Shown piece by piece: positions 1 to 13,772 of a stretch of DNA of 64,000 nucleotides (positions are counted from its first letter, which is position 1; every line of letters starts with the position of its first letter). The position numbers and the translations under genes were made by a program. The notes below the pieces were generated by a model that was not told the origin of the DNA, did no database searches, and saw only the letters and a list, made by a program, of their open reading frames with translations. Source of the DNA: Hypanus sabinus (lineage: Eukaryota); assembly GCF_030144855.1 (NCBI RefSeq), contig NC_082716.1, forward strand, positions 39,680,001 to 39,744,000. The letters are read 5' to 3'.

Positions 1-1125
1 AGCAACAGCAAAAGCCTGCTAAGAGAACTTGATTTACAGTCCATCAAAAACTACAATCCATAACCCAGCACTTCAGTATCTCAGACAAGCTTTCTCTCTC
101 TCCGTTGAGGGACAGAGAAGTTGCCCTCCTGCAACAGTGAGAGTGGAGACTACCAGCTTGCTGTTCTGATGTTACAATCTTCCAATTCGCTGTTCCAAGC
201 CCAAGTCAAGGACCAACAGGCTGAGAGAGAGAGAGCAAGAGTGCTCCAGTACAGCACATACCACCTACTATCTCAATGTTTCAGTCTCCAAAGCCAAAAT
301 GCAGTCACCTTCATTTTAATTTCACTTATGAAACCTAAAGTGTTCTGTAATCAACAATGGTTTCAGTTCTAAATGTCCCTGTGTTACGTTCAAGGTATCA
401 GCAAAGCTCATTTCGGCTAGTTGGTTGGAGCAGGTAAACTTCTAAGCAAACTGTATCCTTTCCAGTTATTGCAGTTATTGCACTCAGCAACACTGGCGCA
501 CATCTTATTATGCATTCCATTTGCTTTAAAATACTGCTCAATTCCTTCAGTATGCATCATCCAATTATCTGTTGTGCAGTCGAACAATAGAGCCAGCCAT
601 TTCTGCTTTTTTAAAAAAAATGTATCATCATCACCCGGTGCTCACTGTTTATGAACCCTTGGCTGTACACGTTGTTTGTTAATTTTGTCCATTTTCTGCT
701 CTCCCCTTCTAAAGAAACACTTGCTGCACTTCAATGGGTAAGCAGTCATCTCAGGTTCTTCCACAACAACACTGTTATGTTTCATAACTCCAGAAACTAA
801 TTCAGACAAAGGTATAAGATCCAGATATGCTTTGTCTGCCTAGTTTTACTTTCCTTTTCTTTAGCGAGGTGCTAGCTATATATAGCCAGGATGGCCAAGA
901 CATTTTGCACAGTACTGTATTTGTCAATGTGGAGCAGATAGCGAGTTTGTAAATCTGGTGGGAGCAAAGGATGTTGGGAATGGTGAGGGTAGAGCAGTGA
1001 GAAGGGTTTGGGACAGGTGACAGTGGAGTACCAGGGGTAGGGCTTGGCGCAGATGCACACACACCCAGCCCTGAGACTCCAGGCAAGGTCATTTGATTCC
1101 AAACAATTCGTTTATTGAACATCAC

Positions 1126-1660
1126 AGAAATTCAATCAGGCTTGTAAGGCTGTAAAGCCATGCTGACTATTCACAGCCATATTATGCCTCTCCAAGTGTT
1201 CATAAATTCTGCTTCTCAGAATCTTTTTCATCAACTTACCAACCACTGAAGTAAGACTCACTAGTCTATAATCTCCTGGACTATCTCTATTCCCTTTCTT
1301 GAATAAGGGAACAACCCTTCAATCCTCCAGAACCTCTCCATTCTCCATTAATGATGCAAAGATCATTGCCAGGAGGCTCTGCAATCTCATCCTTTACCTC
1401 TCACAGTAGCCTGGGGTACATCTCGTCTGGTCCTGGTGACTTATCCAACTTGATACTTTCAAAAGCTCTAGCACATCCCCTTTCTTGTATCTTTCTGCTC
1501 AAACTTTTCAGTCCGCTGTAAGTCATCCCTACTATTGCCAAGATCCTTTTCCTTAGTGAATACTGAAGCAAAGTATTCATTAAGTACCTCTGCTATCTCC
1601 TCTGGTTTCATACACACTTTTCCACTGTCACACTTGATTGGTCATATTCTCTCATGTCTA
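1126..1660 (-). mobile_element. CR1 LINE ORF2 fragment (degenerate)
   Basis: Reverse complement matches the CR1 ORF2 segment seen on + at 4300-4800 (YFASVFT / DKSPGPD region); boundaries approximate. Confidence 0.75.
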
Positions 1661-1789
1661 ATATGTGCCTATAAGTTTTATATACATGTGCCTAAACCCT
1701 TTACATAATACTGTATGCATGGTGACATAATGAAGTCTACCACTCACCAACATTTTAGGTACATATCACCCTATATTCCAAGTAAGCAG

Positions 1790-3108
1790 GGCATGTCTGC
1801 CCCATCAGAAGTGCTACTACTCCGATAGCCCATACACTCCATCCACCATTGGTCCTGACTAGGCACTCACACTTGTGGCTCCAGACAGAGTATGGCTTCC
1901 GCTAGCAACAGAAGCCATACTGTTAAACCACCTTGACGAATGGGCTAAACCAGGTGAAGGTAACTGATGGCTCTTAAACCCTTGGTGAATTTGGGCTTGC
2001 CTATCCAAGCTAGCAAAGACTGCACAGAGGTAACCACTAGTTAGGCTCAAAGGGCAGGAAGGCAGACCCAGCAAGATGCTGTGAAGCAATTAGAGCATGA
2101 GGCACTAAGCATGTCATGGGCATCAGTGTGTGGAATGTCTGCACAGTTAGAGTCAATGCTGACAAAACTCAAGAGGATAACTACTCTAATAAGGAGAGCC
2201 AGCCTGATACAACATCGATATCGCAGCCCTGAGTGAGACTTGGCTTTCAGGAGAGGGCAAACTTTGTGAAAGGGGTACAGGATGAACATTCTTTTGGAGT
2301 GGAAGAGGAAATTAAGACTGGTGTGAGGCTAGGTTCAGATTTGCAGTGAAGACAGAGATTGCTGACGTGCTTGCTGGACTCTCCAAGAAGTGTGAATGAC
2401 CAGCTCATGACCATAAAACTCCCTCTATCACTATTGTCAACACTTATGTCCATGATCAACCCAGATGATGTCATGGAAAAATTTTATGAAGAACTGCAAT
2501 CAATTATTGCCACTATTTCCAAAACGGATAAGCTTATTATCCCTGGTGACTTCAATGCAAGAGTTGGCTCTGCAAACACCTCCTGGGATGGGGTCATTGG
2601 GAAATATGGCATTGGTTGCTGCAACAGCAACAGAAACAGTCATCTACTACACCAGACATGTGCCAAACATGAATTGTTGATCACTAACACAGTCTTTTGC
2701 TTTCTGACCTATAAAAGAACTGCATGGATACATCCCCACTCTAAGCATTGGCATGTAAGTGACTACGTCATCATCAGGAAGAGAGACAGGCAGGATGCAA
2801 GTAACAAAATCTATGTGCGATGCTGAATGCTGGACAGATCACCATCTCATCATTTCTAAACTGAATATCCATATTCAGCCCAAGAGACACCCACAAGAAA
2901 AGACAGACCCAAAACAGCTGAACCTCTCCAAGATGAAAAGTAGCAACATAAAGCAGTTTTTTTGGTTGAAACTTAAGAAGACCATTTAAACTCCACCAGT
3001 CTGGACAATCGGAATGTGGAAACTGCTTGGTCAACTTTTCGAGAGCTGATCTACAACACAGCTGCACAAATTATGAGGCCTGTAACAGAAAGCACAAGGA
3101 CTGGTTCA
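1790..3108 (+). mobile_element. RTE (BovB-like) LINE, 5' part: 5'UTR and AP-endonuclease domain, degenerate
   Basis: ORFs 2359-2826/2759-2989 carry RTE endonuclease motifs (EKFYEEL, GDFNARVG, LLITNTVF, WIHPHSKHWH, CWTDHHLI); reading continues at 11189. Confidence 0.85.
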
Positions 3109-3378
3109 AAAAAACAAGGTAACAAAGAAAATGTCTTTTGTATTATCTGTTTGTTAAACTTCTCCTCTGATTTGTATATTCTTTACTGGAAGATAGAAAA
3201 ATGAAATGAAAAAATCAAGGTTTTTAACAAAAGGTTCAAAAAACTAGGTAATGATAGAGATCTAGAAGATTATAAAGCTAGCAGGAAGGAGCTTAAGAAC
3301 GAAATTAGGAGAGCCAGAAGGGGCCATAAGAAGGCTTCGGTGAGCAGGATTAAAGAAAACTGCAAGGCATTCCACAAG

Positions 3379-4290
3379 CTGTTTCCAAGATGGCGGCGTA
3401 ATGCAGCTTGCAGCAGCCACTCCGGAGCTGATTATCTGTTATTTGTGAAGTGGGGTGTGGTGCGCAATCATAATCGATTGAAAATGGATGTGGGAGCACG
3501 GAGGAACGTAGGGAAATCTCCAGGAAGACCTTCTGCGTTGCTGCTGCTGCTGTGAGGTCTGGGACTCTGCTGGTAAGAACAGGCCCCCAGTCCTCGGGGT
3601 CGCGTTGCCGATGGCCGTTGGCGGGGCCGTCTTAACACACTCAGCAGGGGATGGTGCTCGGAGAAGCTGTGCCGGAGGGGATGGTCATCGGGTCAGAGGT
3701 TCGACGGACTACGGAGTCCGCTGTGGTCAGGTCGCTTTCAGTGTGTGCTGTGTCTGTGAGGCTGGGTTTGACTGAGCTTTCGTTGTGTGCTGCGTCTGCA
3801 AGGCTGAGTCAGACGGCGCCGTGGAAGTCCATAGCGGGGGTATTCCCTTCTGCTACAAGCGTGGGATGGCAAGTCTGTCGGGACCATGGAGACTTGTGGA
3901 AACTGTGTGGTGATTTCTTTTGAACTTATAGTCTTTTAACATCTTTGGACTATTTTTACTGTGCCCATAGTCTGTTTTTTTTTATCAATTATGCTATTGT
4001 TTGCACTGTTGTAATTATGTGGTTTTGTGCAGGTCTTGTAGCTTTAGTTTTTGGTCTTGTTTGTCTGGTGGATTTGGAGCTCTTTTTCGGGGAACGCGTT
4101 AAGACTGTAGCGCGATATTAATACGCAGCAGCCTCTCCGGACTCTGGATTGGGGATTGCCAAACGTTATGTGGATTTTCTAGTGTAATCTGTTTTGTCAT
4201 ATGCTTTTGTGATATCATTCTGGAGGAACATTGTCTCATTTTTTAATTGCATTGCATTTGTGGTTTCTAAATGACAATAAACTGAATCTG
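3379..4290 (+). mobile_element. Non-autonomous non-LTR retroelement (~910 bp), probably Rex1/Babar-dependent
   Basis: Cleanly interrupts CR1 (…cacAAG|insert|AAGtatgtgaagagc); begins tttcCAAGATGGCGGC, ends AATAAActgaatctg like the Rex/Babar tail near 40850; no long ORF. Confidence 0.65.
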
Positions 4291-4805
4291 AAGTATGTGA
4301 AGAGCAAGAGGGTAAGACGTGAGAGAATAGGACCAATCAAGTGTGACAGTGGAAAAGTATGTATGGAACCAGAAGAAATGGTGAAGGTACTAAATGGATA
4401 CTTTGCTTCAGTATTCACTACGTAAAAGGATCCTGGCTATTGTAGGGATGACTTACAGCTGATTGAAAAGCTTGAGCATATGGACATTAAGAAAGATGTG
4501 CTGGAGTTTTTGGAAAGCATCAAGTTGGATAAGTCTCCAGGACTGAATGAGATGTGCGCTAGGCTACTGTGGGAGGCCAGGGAGGAGATTGCTGAGCCTC
4601 TGACAATCATCTTTACATCATTAATAGGAAAAGGGAAGTTCTGGAGGATTGGAGGACTGCAGATGTTGTTCCCTTATTCAAGGAAGGGAGTAGAGATAGC
4701 TCATGAAATTATAGATCAGTGAGTCTTACTGCAGTAGTTGGTAACTTCACGGAAAAGATCCTGAGAGGCAGGATTTACGAACATTTGGAGAGGCATAATA
4801 TGATC

Positions 4806-7800
4806 GGTAAAAAAACCGTTTGATTATGGAGGCACGCTGCAGAGGTACTTTTGCTTTTCAAAATACAGTCATTCGTTTTGTGGAGGATTTTGCCCCCCAG
4901 GTTCTGAAGATGTGTGCTGAGTTTAAAGGTGTAATGAAAGTGCTTTTTGATCGCGGATTCAGACCCTCCCTTCGAAACCCAGCCGATCTTCGAATTACGC
5001 TTACTACTGGAGAATATAAGTGGCTCAAATCAGTGAAGGAGGCTGAGGCATTTGTTGGAAGTCTTCCGGCCATCCCGTCTCCTTCGGAACTGGTCTGACC
5101 TTCTAAAATGGTGGATAAGTACCTCTCGAAGTAAAACTCTTTTTTCCGGACTCAAACTTTACTTGAATAATTCAGACATTATCTATTGAAACTCTAAGGG
5201 CTGTAGACAATCTCTCCCTGGACTTGGTGCATTTTTTCTAAATAGATAATCTGAGTTTAATGTTTCCCTGCGGATGTTTAGATTGTACTTGTGTAATCTA
5301 TTTTATTCTTGTATAACTTTATCTATAGCGATCTACAATTGACTCTAACTTGTTTTGGAGGTTTGGAGTCTTTATTGAAGGCCTCCCTGTTGGTTAATTC
5401 ATAGTTTAAGTTTTGCTTTTTTTTTCTGTAAATGGTTGATAAGTACTCTCTTCAAATCTATAATTTCCCCCTTTTCTCCCTCGCTTTTTTCTTTCTTTTA
5501 ATCTTCTATAATTTTTCATGGGTAAGTTAGTTTTGGTTTTCTTCTGATTTTTTTTGTATTAAGTTTTATACTTCTGTTGAAGTTGTTCCTATTTGTAATT
5601 ATGTTTCCTAGTGCATAAACTAGTTACCATTTACTATAGTATTTATACGGAACTGTTGTTAACGACACAGAACTGGAAGTCATACTTGGGTTAATTTTTT
5701 TGGTAGAGCTAGCTGCTTTTTTAGGTAGCCGTCTAGTTTTGGGTTGCGAGGATGGGGGGGGTTCTCCAGTTCCAACACTACTCACTGTTTCTTTTGCTTT
5801 CCTTTGTTACTCAGGACATGTTTCTGTTTTGATTCTACGAATCTATGTTTACATTTTTGCTCCCAGACTGCTATTGTACTGCTTGACTTTTTATATGCCT
5901 GCTGCCTTCTGTGCACTACCAATTGATAATGGTTAATACACTTAAATTTGTGAGCTGGAATGTAAAGGGATTGAATCACCCTGTTAAAAGAAGGAAGGTC
6001 TTCTCACATATTAAACAACTCAAAGCTGACATTGCTTTCCTTCAAGAAACTCATATTCGTCGTTTTGATAACTCCTGGCTTTTGTCAAAGTGGGCGGGTC
6101 AGCATTTTCATTCATCCTTTGCCGCCAAAGCTTGGGGGGGGGGGGGTCTCCATCCTTATTAACTCAAATATTCCTTTTGAACTCCATAATAAGATATCTG
6201 ATACAAATGGCCATTTTATTATTGTTTCTGGTAAATTATATAATACTAAAGTTGTACTAGCAAACCTGTATACCCCCAATTTTGATGATGTTAATTTTTT
6301 TGAACATTTTTTCTCCTCACTACCAGACTTAAACTCATACTCTCTTATACTGGGTGGTGATTTCAATTGTTGGTTAGATCCTAATTTGGATCAATCGTCC
6401 TCTGTTACTAAATCGACTAAATCTGCCTTAGCTATTCAATCGTTTCTCTCTAATTATGGTATCTCTGATATATGGTGTTTCCTTCATCCTACTGAGAGAG
6501 ATTATTCTTTTTTTTCCACATGTTCACCATACCTTTACTAGAATTGACTACTTCTTACTCGATAATCAACTCATTCCATTTGTCTATTCTTGTGATTATC
6601 AGAGTATACTGATTTCTGACCATGCCCCATTACTCTGTCTTTCTTAAATTTTCCTGGTCTCCCTCAGAGGAATAAACACTGGCGGTTTGATTCGACTTTA
6701 TTATCGGCTGATGATTTTCTAAAATTTATTAAGGATCAGATAACCTTTTATTTTAACACCAATACATCACGTGAAGTGTCATCCCAGATTGTCTGGGATG
6801 CCATGAAAGCATATTTGAGGGGGTCAAATAATCTCCTATACAGCAAATCTTAATAGAAAGTCCTGTGCAGATCGATTAGACCTCATTAATCAGATTAAAG
6901 AATTGGATCAACTGTATGCTCAAACTAAGAATCCTGAACTATATGAGAAGCGTGTAGAACTTCAAACTAAATTTAATCTTCTGTCTACTCAACCTGTCGA
7001 ACGCCTACTTCTTGAAAGTAAGAGTCGCTTTTATATTCATGGTGACAAATCTGGTAAATTTCTAGCCAATCAGCTGAGGCGTTCCAAAGCCAAACAACAT
7101 ATTACAAAGATCCGGAAGGAGAATGGAGACTTTACATCGGATCACTTAGAAATCAATGACGCATTTAAAAATTTCTATTCTCGACTTTATTCCTCTGAAT
7201 CTTTGAATGACAATATCTCTGTTGATCATTTTTTAAATAATCTGAATATTCCTTCGCTTTCATCTGATTTTAAAGCCAAACTTAATGCGCCTATATCATC
7301 AGTAGAAATATCTTTTGCAATTTCTGCATTGACTTCAGGGAAATCTCCTGGACCTGGTGGGTTCCCCGTAGAATTTTATAAATCATTCTCTTCATTTCTT
7401 TCTCCTCAGTTATTCTCAGTATTATCTGATTCGTTTAATTATGGCAAATTGCCACCCTCTTTTAATGAGGCATCTATTATTCTTTTATTAAAAAAAGGTA
7501 AAGACCCAACAGAGTGTTCCTTGTATAGGCAGATTTCTTTGCTCAATGTTGATGTTAAAATCCTGGCCAAAGTTTTGGCTTATAGATTAGAAACTGTTAT
7601 TCCCTCTATTATTTCTGATGATCAAACTGGTTTTATTAAAAACTGTCTTCCTTTTTTTAACATTCAGTGTTTATTTAACATTTTATATTCACCTCCAACT
7701 GGGATTCCTAAATGTGTTATTTCCCTCGATGCGGAGAAAACATTTGATCGTATAGAGTGGAACTACCTTTTTGCAGTTTTAGAAAAATTTGACTTCGGTC

Positions 7801-10070
7801 AAAGTTTTATCTCTTGGATCAAATTGCCGTATTTGTGTCCTCTGCCTCTGTTTTAATTAATTTTCAGAAATCCCAGTTATTTAACCTCAAACGTGGCACC
7901 CGTCAGGGATGCCCTTTAAGTCCCTTTCTCTTTGATTTGGCTATAGAACCTTTGGCGTTAGCATTGCGAAATTGTCCTGAATTGACCGGGATTTGGAGAG
8001 GGGGTGTTGAGCATAAAGTTTCTCTTTATGCTGATGACTTATTACTTTTTCTTTCAAATCTGTCTACATCCTTACCTCCAATGTTTTCACTTTTTGATCA
8101 GTTTCTCTGGCTATAAACTTAATTTACATAAGAGCGAACTTTTCCCAATTAATAAAGAAGCACAAGAATTAACATTTCGTGATCTCCCTTTTAAAGTAGT
8201 TCATAATCAATTTACCTATCTTGGGATTACAGTCACAAGGAAGTTTAAAGACCTCTTTCGTGAAAATTTTGCCAATCTTTCATATACTATAAACAGAGTC
8301 TGTTACAATGGTCACTTCTATCTATGTCTTTGGTAGATTGTATTAATGTTGTTAAAATGTATGTTCTCCCTAAACTTTTATATTTATTTCAATCAATCCC
8401 AATTTTTATTCCTAAATCTTTTTTTGATTCCTTAGACTATTATTCTGTCATATCTGTGGAAGAATAAGCGCTCTAGAATTAATAAAGTTTATCTCCAAAA
8501 ACCTAAAAAAGAGGGTGGCATGGCTTTACCTAACTTTCGTTTATATTATTGGGCAGCCAATATACATTGTGCTACCTTTTGGTCTTTTTTCCATAGTCAA
8601 CCCGAGTGCCCTAATTGGGTGGCAATGGAGTTGAGCTCCACTAAAGAATTATCTGTCTCTGCACTTCTTGGCTCTGTACTCCCTAGTAGTTTGTCCAGAT
8701 TAATAGTTAATCCTCTTGTTAGACACACTTTGCGTATATGGGCTCAGTTTAGGAAATGTTATGGTTTCCATGGTTTTTCCTTTTCTAGCCCTATCTTACA
8801 TAATCACCTTTTTTTACCTACTACGTATGACTCAGCATTCCATGATTGGTATAGGAAGGGCATTAGACATTTTGAAGATCTTTTTATTGATAATCGCTTC
8901 GCTTCTTTTCAACAGCTCTCTGCTAAGTTCAATCTGCCCAATGCTAATTTTTTTTAGATATCTCCAAATTAGACACTTTATTAATCCTTTAATTCCTAAC
9001 TTCCCTGAAATGCCTGAGAAAAATGTAATGAACTTATTTCTTTCTACTAATCCACTAGGTAAAGGTTTAATATCATTTATTCATGATAAATTAGCAGCCT
9101 TATGACGCGCCCCTGTGGATAAAATTAAAATGGCATGGGAGCAGGATTTAAATACCTCCTTATCTGATGAGACTTGGGACTCGATTCTCAAATCGGTTAA
9201 TTCAACCTCTCTTTGTGCTCGCCATTGCCTTTTACAGTTTAAGATTGTTCATAGAGCCCATATGTCTAAATCTAAATTATCTCGATTTTACCCTAATATT
9301 AGTCCACTTTGTGATAAAAGCAAAAGGGGCGAGGCCTCTCTCATTCGTATGTACTGGTTTTGTCCTAGCTTGGAGAAATTTTGGAAAGATGTCTTCATAA
9401 CATTATCATATATTCTGAATCACCACCTAGAACCTAACCCTTTAATTGCTTTGTTCGGTTTCTGGGGTGAGACAGATTTACGTCTGAGTTCGACTAAGTG
9501 TCGAATATTATCTTTTGCCTCTCTCCTGGCTAGATGTTTAATCCTCCTTAGATGGAGAGATGTTGCCCCGCCCACACATGCTCAATGGCTTAACCATATT
9601 ATGGCCTGCTTAGACCTTGAAAAAATTCATTAATCAGTTCTTAATTCGGATTTAAAGTTCCATAAGGTCTGGGGACCTTTTATTGAGTACTTTCATAACC
9701 TTCCTCTTAACTAAGGTTTTTTTTTCCGGTCCCTTGCTTTCAGCTCCTTTTTTTTTGGTAGTAGGCATTAATATCTTCTGTTGCTAAGTGTATTTCCAGT
9801 TTTGGGGGTTTGATTGTCCTGATTTATATTCTCTATATTGTGTTGTGGTTGGTCTGGAGCTTTTTTTTGTTGCGGAGCTTGGGGAGGATACTAATTTTAC
9901 ATGTCTTCAATTTGGGTGCTTTCTCAATTATCTTTCTTTGTATCATATTATTATTGTATGTTTATTTTTGCACTGTATCAATGTTCTTCATTTTTTTATC
10001 TGTAGCTATGTAGAAAATTTATTTTAAAAACTAATAAAAAAAGTTTTCTTTTCTTAAATTTAAAAAAAAG
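4806..10070 (+). mobile_element. L1-clade LINE, 5'-truncated: ORF1 C-terminus, ~830-bp spacer, full-length but disrupted ORF2 (5929-9714), 3'UTR and A-rich tail
   Basis: ORF1-like peptide 4820-5098; ORF2 starts MVNTLKFVSWNVKGLN…LQETH, then GGDFN, SDH, KSPGPGG, DAEKTFD, RGTRQGCPLSP, YADD and a C-terminal Cys-rich motif; AATAAA ~10033 and A tract. Confidence 0.92.
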
Positions 10071-11188
10071 TAAGGAGGCACGGGATCCAAGGGGACCTTG
10101 CTTTGTGTATCCAGAATTGGTTTGCCCATAGAAAGCAAAAAGTAGTTGTAAACGGGTCATATTCTGCATGGAGGTTGGTGGCCAGTGGTGTGCCTTAGGG
10201 ATCTGTTCTGGGACCCCTTCTCTTCATGATTTTTATAAATGACCTGGATGAGGAAGTGCAGGGATAGGTTAGTAAATTTTCTGATGACACAAATGTTGGG
10301 AGTGTCGTGGATAGGGTGGAGGGCTGTCAGAGGTTACAGTGGGACATTGATAGGATGCAAAACTGGGCTGAGAAGTGGCAGATGGAGTTCAACCCAGATA
10401 AGTGTGAGGTACTTCATTTGGGTAGGTCAATTATGATGGCAGAATACAGTATTAATGGTAAAACTGTTGGCAGTATGGAGGATCAGCAGGGTCTTGGAGG
10501 TCCGAGTCCATAGGACACTCAAAGCTGCTGCGCAGGTTGACTCTATGGTTAAGAAGGCGTATGGTGCACTGGCCTTCATCAGCTGTGGGATTAAGTTTAA
10601 GAGCTGAGGGGTAATGTTACAGCAATATAGGACTCTGGTCAGACCCCACATGGAAGTACTGTGCTCAGATCTGGTCATCTCACTACGGGAAGGATGTGGA
10701 AACTATATCAAAGGTGCAGAGGAGATTTACAAAGATGTTGCCTGGATTGGGGAGCATGTCTTATGAGAATAGGATGAGTGAACTTGGCCTTTTCTCCTTG
10801 GAGCGACAGAGGATGAAATGTGACCTGATAGAGATGTATAAGATGATGAGAGGCATTGATCGTGTAGATAGTCAGAGGCTTTTTCCCAAGGCTGAAATGG
10901 CTAACACGAGAGGGCAGAGTTTTAAAGTACTTGGAAGTAGGTACAGAGGAGATGTCAGAGGTAAGTTTTTTTTTGCAAAGCATGGTGAGTGCATGGAATA
11001 GGCTGCTAGCGACAGTGGTGGAGGCGGATACAATAGGGTCTTCTAAGAGACTCCTGGATAAGTATATGGACCTTAGAAAAGTATTGGGCTATGGGTAACC
11101 CTAGGTAATTTCTAAAGTAAGTACATGTTCAGCACAGCTTTGTGGGCTGAAGGGCCTGTGTTGTTTTTGTAGTTTTTCTAGGTTCTGT

Positions 11189-13320
11189 GGACTGATATGA
11201 TGAAAACTGTGTTGACATCAAACAACTGCTAGATGAGAAACATCGTCTTCACAAAGCTTTCCTCACTGACCCCAAGTTCATCTCATAGAAGGAAGCTTTC
11301 AATAACAGACTAAGTACAGTACAACACAAACTGTGCCAGGTGCAAGATTTCCGATTGATTAATAAAGCTGATGTGATCCAGTCATATGGAGATAGGTATG
11401 ATTTAAAGAAATTCTATGCTGCACTTAAAGAAGTCTATGGCCCCACATCATCAGGATCATCCCCTCTCCTTGGTGCTAATGAGAACATGCTGATCATGGA
11501 GCAAGAAAATTCTTCATGGAATTAATGTGCTGAGCACTTTAACAGTGTTCTGAATCATCCTTCAACAACAAATGACAAAGCCATTGATCACCTGCCCCAA
11601 GTACCTATCAATGAAGCACTGGATATTCCACTGACATTAGCAGAGGCCTGGAAGGTAATACCTCAGCTTTCTAGTGGCAAATTGCCTGGATCAGATGTAA
11701 TACTAGCTGAGGCCTAAAAGGAAGGCAGAGCAATGCTAGAGAAAAGCTCTTCCAACTTATGTGGCAGTAACAGAAAATTCCACAAGAATTTAAAGATATA
11801 TCTATAAGTAAACCAACAATCCGATGCCAACTATTGGGGAATATCCTTGCTGTCTATCACAGGCAAAAACTTAACCAGACTTCTTCTCAACTGTCTCACT
11901 TCATACTGTGACTGGGGACTCCTATCAGAGTGCCAATATGGATTCTGGAAAGAACGTGGAACAATCAACATGGTGCTTGCTGCAAGGCAACTGCAAGGGA
12001 TGTCAGGAGCAAGACACTGACCTATCTAAGGCCTTCGATATTATTAGCAGCAAGGGTCTGTGGGAGATCACAGCGAAGTATGGATGCCCATGGTGTAGTA
12101 TTTCCATGATGGCATGCAAGCTAGGTTTCAGGACAATGGTGAGACATCCAAGCCCTTCCCTGTCTTAGAATGGGTTCAAGCAGGGCTGTGTCTTGGTGCT
12201 AATGCTATTCAGTCTGATGTTTTCCATTAGGTTAACTGATGTTTTCTGAGGCAAAAATGTGGACATCGGCATCAGATTCTGCACTGATGGGAAACTGTTC
12301 AATCTCAGGTGGCTCCAAGCAAAAACTAAGATTATGACAGAATCTGGGCTCCTTTTGCTGATGACTGCGCCCTCAAGGCTGGTTAAAAATTAATATGCAA
12401 CACTGTGTCAACAAGTTTACTGATGCATGTACCAACTTCGGGCTTACCATCAACACCAAGACTGAAGTAATGCATCAAGTCAGTTTTAGGGAAATCATAC
12501 ATTTAGGCAAACAGTCAAAGACTCAACCCAATGAAGAGATTCACATGTCTTGGCAGCACACCATCCCAGAACATTGTCATTGGTGATGAAGTGCCAGGAT
12601 TGCCAAGGCAAGTGTAGCCTTCAGCAGACTTTATACAAATGTCTGAATCAGAAGAGGCACAAGTCTACAGATGAAGTTGAAGGTGTATAGGGCCATAATA
12701 CTTCCCATTCTGCTTTAAGCCTACAAAATATGGACAGTGTGCCAATGGCACCCAAAGAAACTGAACCATTTGCACACATGCCGCATCAGAAATCTCCTCA
12801 ACATTAAGTGGCAAGGCAAGATCCCTGACACTGATGTACTTACCAAAGCTGGCCTTCCCAGTACCTACACTATCCAGATCCAGTCCCAGTCACATTGAGC
12901 AGGCCACGTATCTTTACGCCAGACCATTGGCTGCTTTATGGGAAAACTACAGAAAGGAAATTGTTGCCAAGGAGGCCAAAGGAAATGCTATGAAGACACC
13001 TTGAAAGCTTTACTAAAAGCCTTTAGCATCAATCCGGACATATGGGGACATACTGCTCAGGATTGGGTTGAGTGGCACTCTACCCTTCATAAGGGTGCAG
13101 TGACACAAGGCAATAAGGACAACTGCAACAAAGACATAGGCTGGCCAGGAAAGCCCAAGTCAGCAACCCCCAACCCAAGGAGGCTGATATCTTTTGTCCA
13201 CACTGCCAAAGAACATTTCAAGCATGGATTGCCTCTACCCTCAGACCAGTTCAGCCCCCACAAATTGCAGATGACTAGAGTGGCTCTCATCTTTGCACGA
13301 TGGACAAACAAACAAGTAAC
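11189..13320 (+). mobile_element. RTE (BovB-like) LINE, 3' part with degenerate RT
   Basis: Resumes the KHxDW(F/Y)DEN motif broken at 3103; ALKEVYGPTS, DLSKAFD, QGCVL, FADD, GLTIN, GGQRKCYED motifs. Confidence 0.85.
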
Positions 13321-13772
13321 TCTCCTGTATACAGATCTGATGTCTAAAACAGTGACTGTGGGTACAGCTACTAATGTACCAATTTGATAATGATTATCAA
13401 AAACGTTAAAAGGTAGTTTTTAATCATGAGGTAAAGCATTGACCTTTTGTTACTTTAAAGCAGAAGCCTTTTATCATCTGGGAAACTGAACCAATGGAAG
13501 AGTACTTCAATACCCATAACTCAGTTTCATAGTTGCACAATGCTATGAAGCTGCAAAGAAATAATATGCACTAATGAGATAATCAAGGCACGATTCTTAA
13601 ACAGCAGAGTAGAACACTATTCTTAAAGAACAAAAGGATAAACAGGTATGCATTACCTACAGTGCTTATTTTGTAGTTTACAGTGCATTAGCTTTTGATT
13701 TCTATTCTATATCTTACTCCATATTCAATTTTACTCTACATTTGTTCATCTATTCCCTTCCCAGCAACTGAC

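Larger units (their letters stand above)
3215..11188 (+). mobile_element. CR1 LINE (5'-truncated) inserted in the RTE; itself split by insertions at 3379-4290 and 4806-10070
   Basis: CR1 ORF2 peptides (YFASVFT, DKSPG, WQMEFNPDKCEVLH, VQRRFTKMLPG, LFSLE) in pieces 3215-3378, 4291-4805, 10065-11188; CR1-type 3' tail; GGACTG duplicated at 3098-3103 and 11189-11194. Confidence 0.85.

Noticed and set aside
1-1125. PRDX1 exons 5-6, or genes from ORFs 121-372, 421-654 and 802-1125
   Set aside because: No GLFIID…/VCPAGW coding found; the ORFs lack homology and overlap repeat-like sequence
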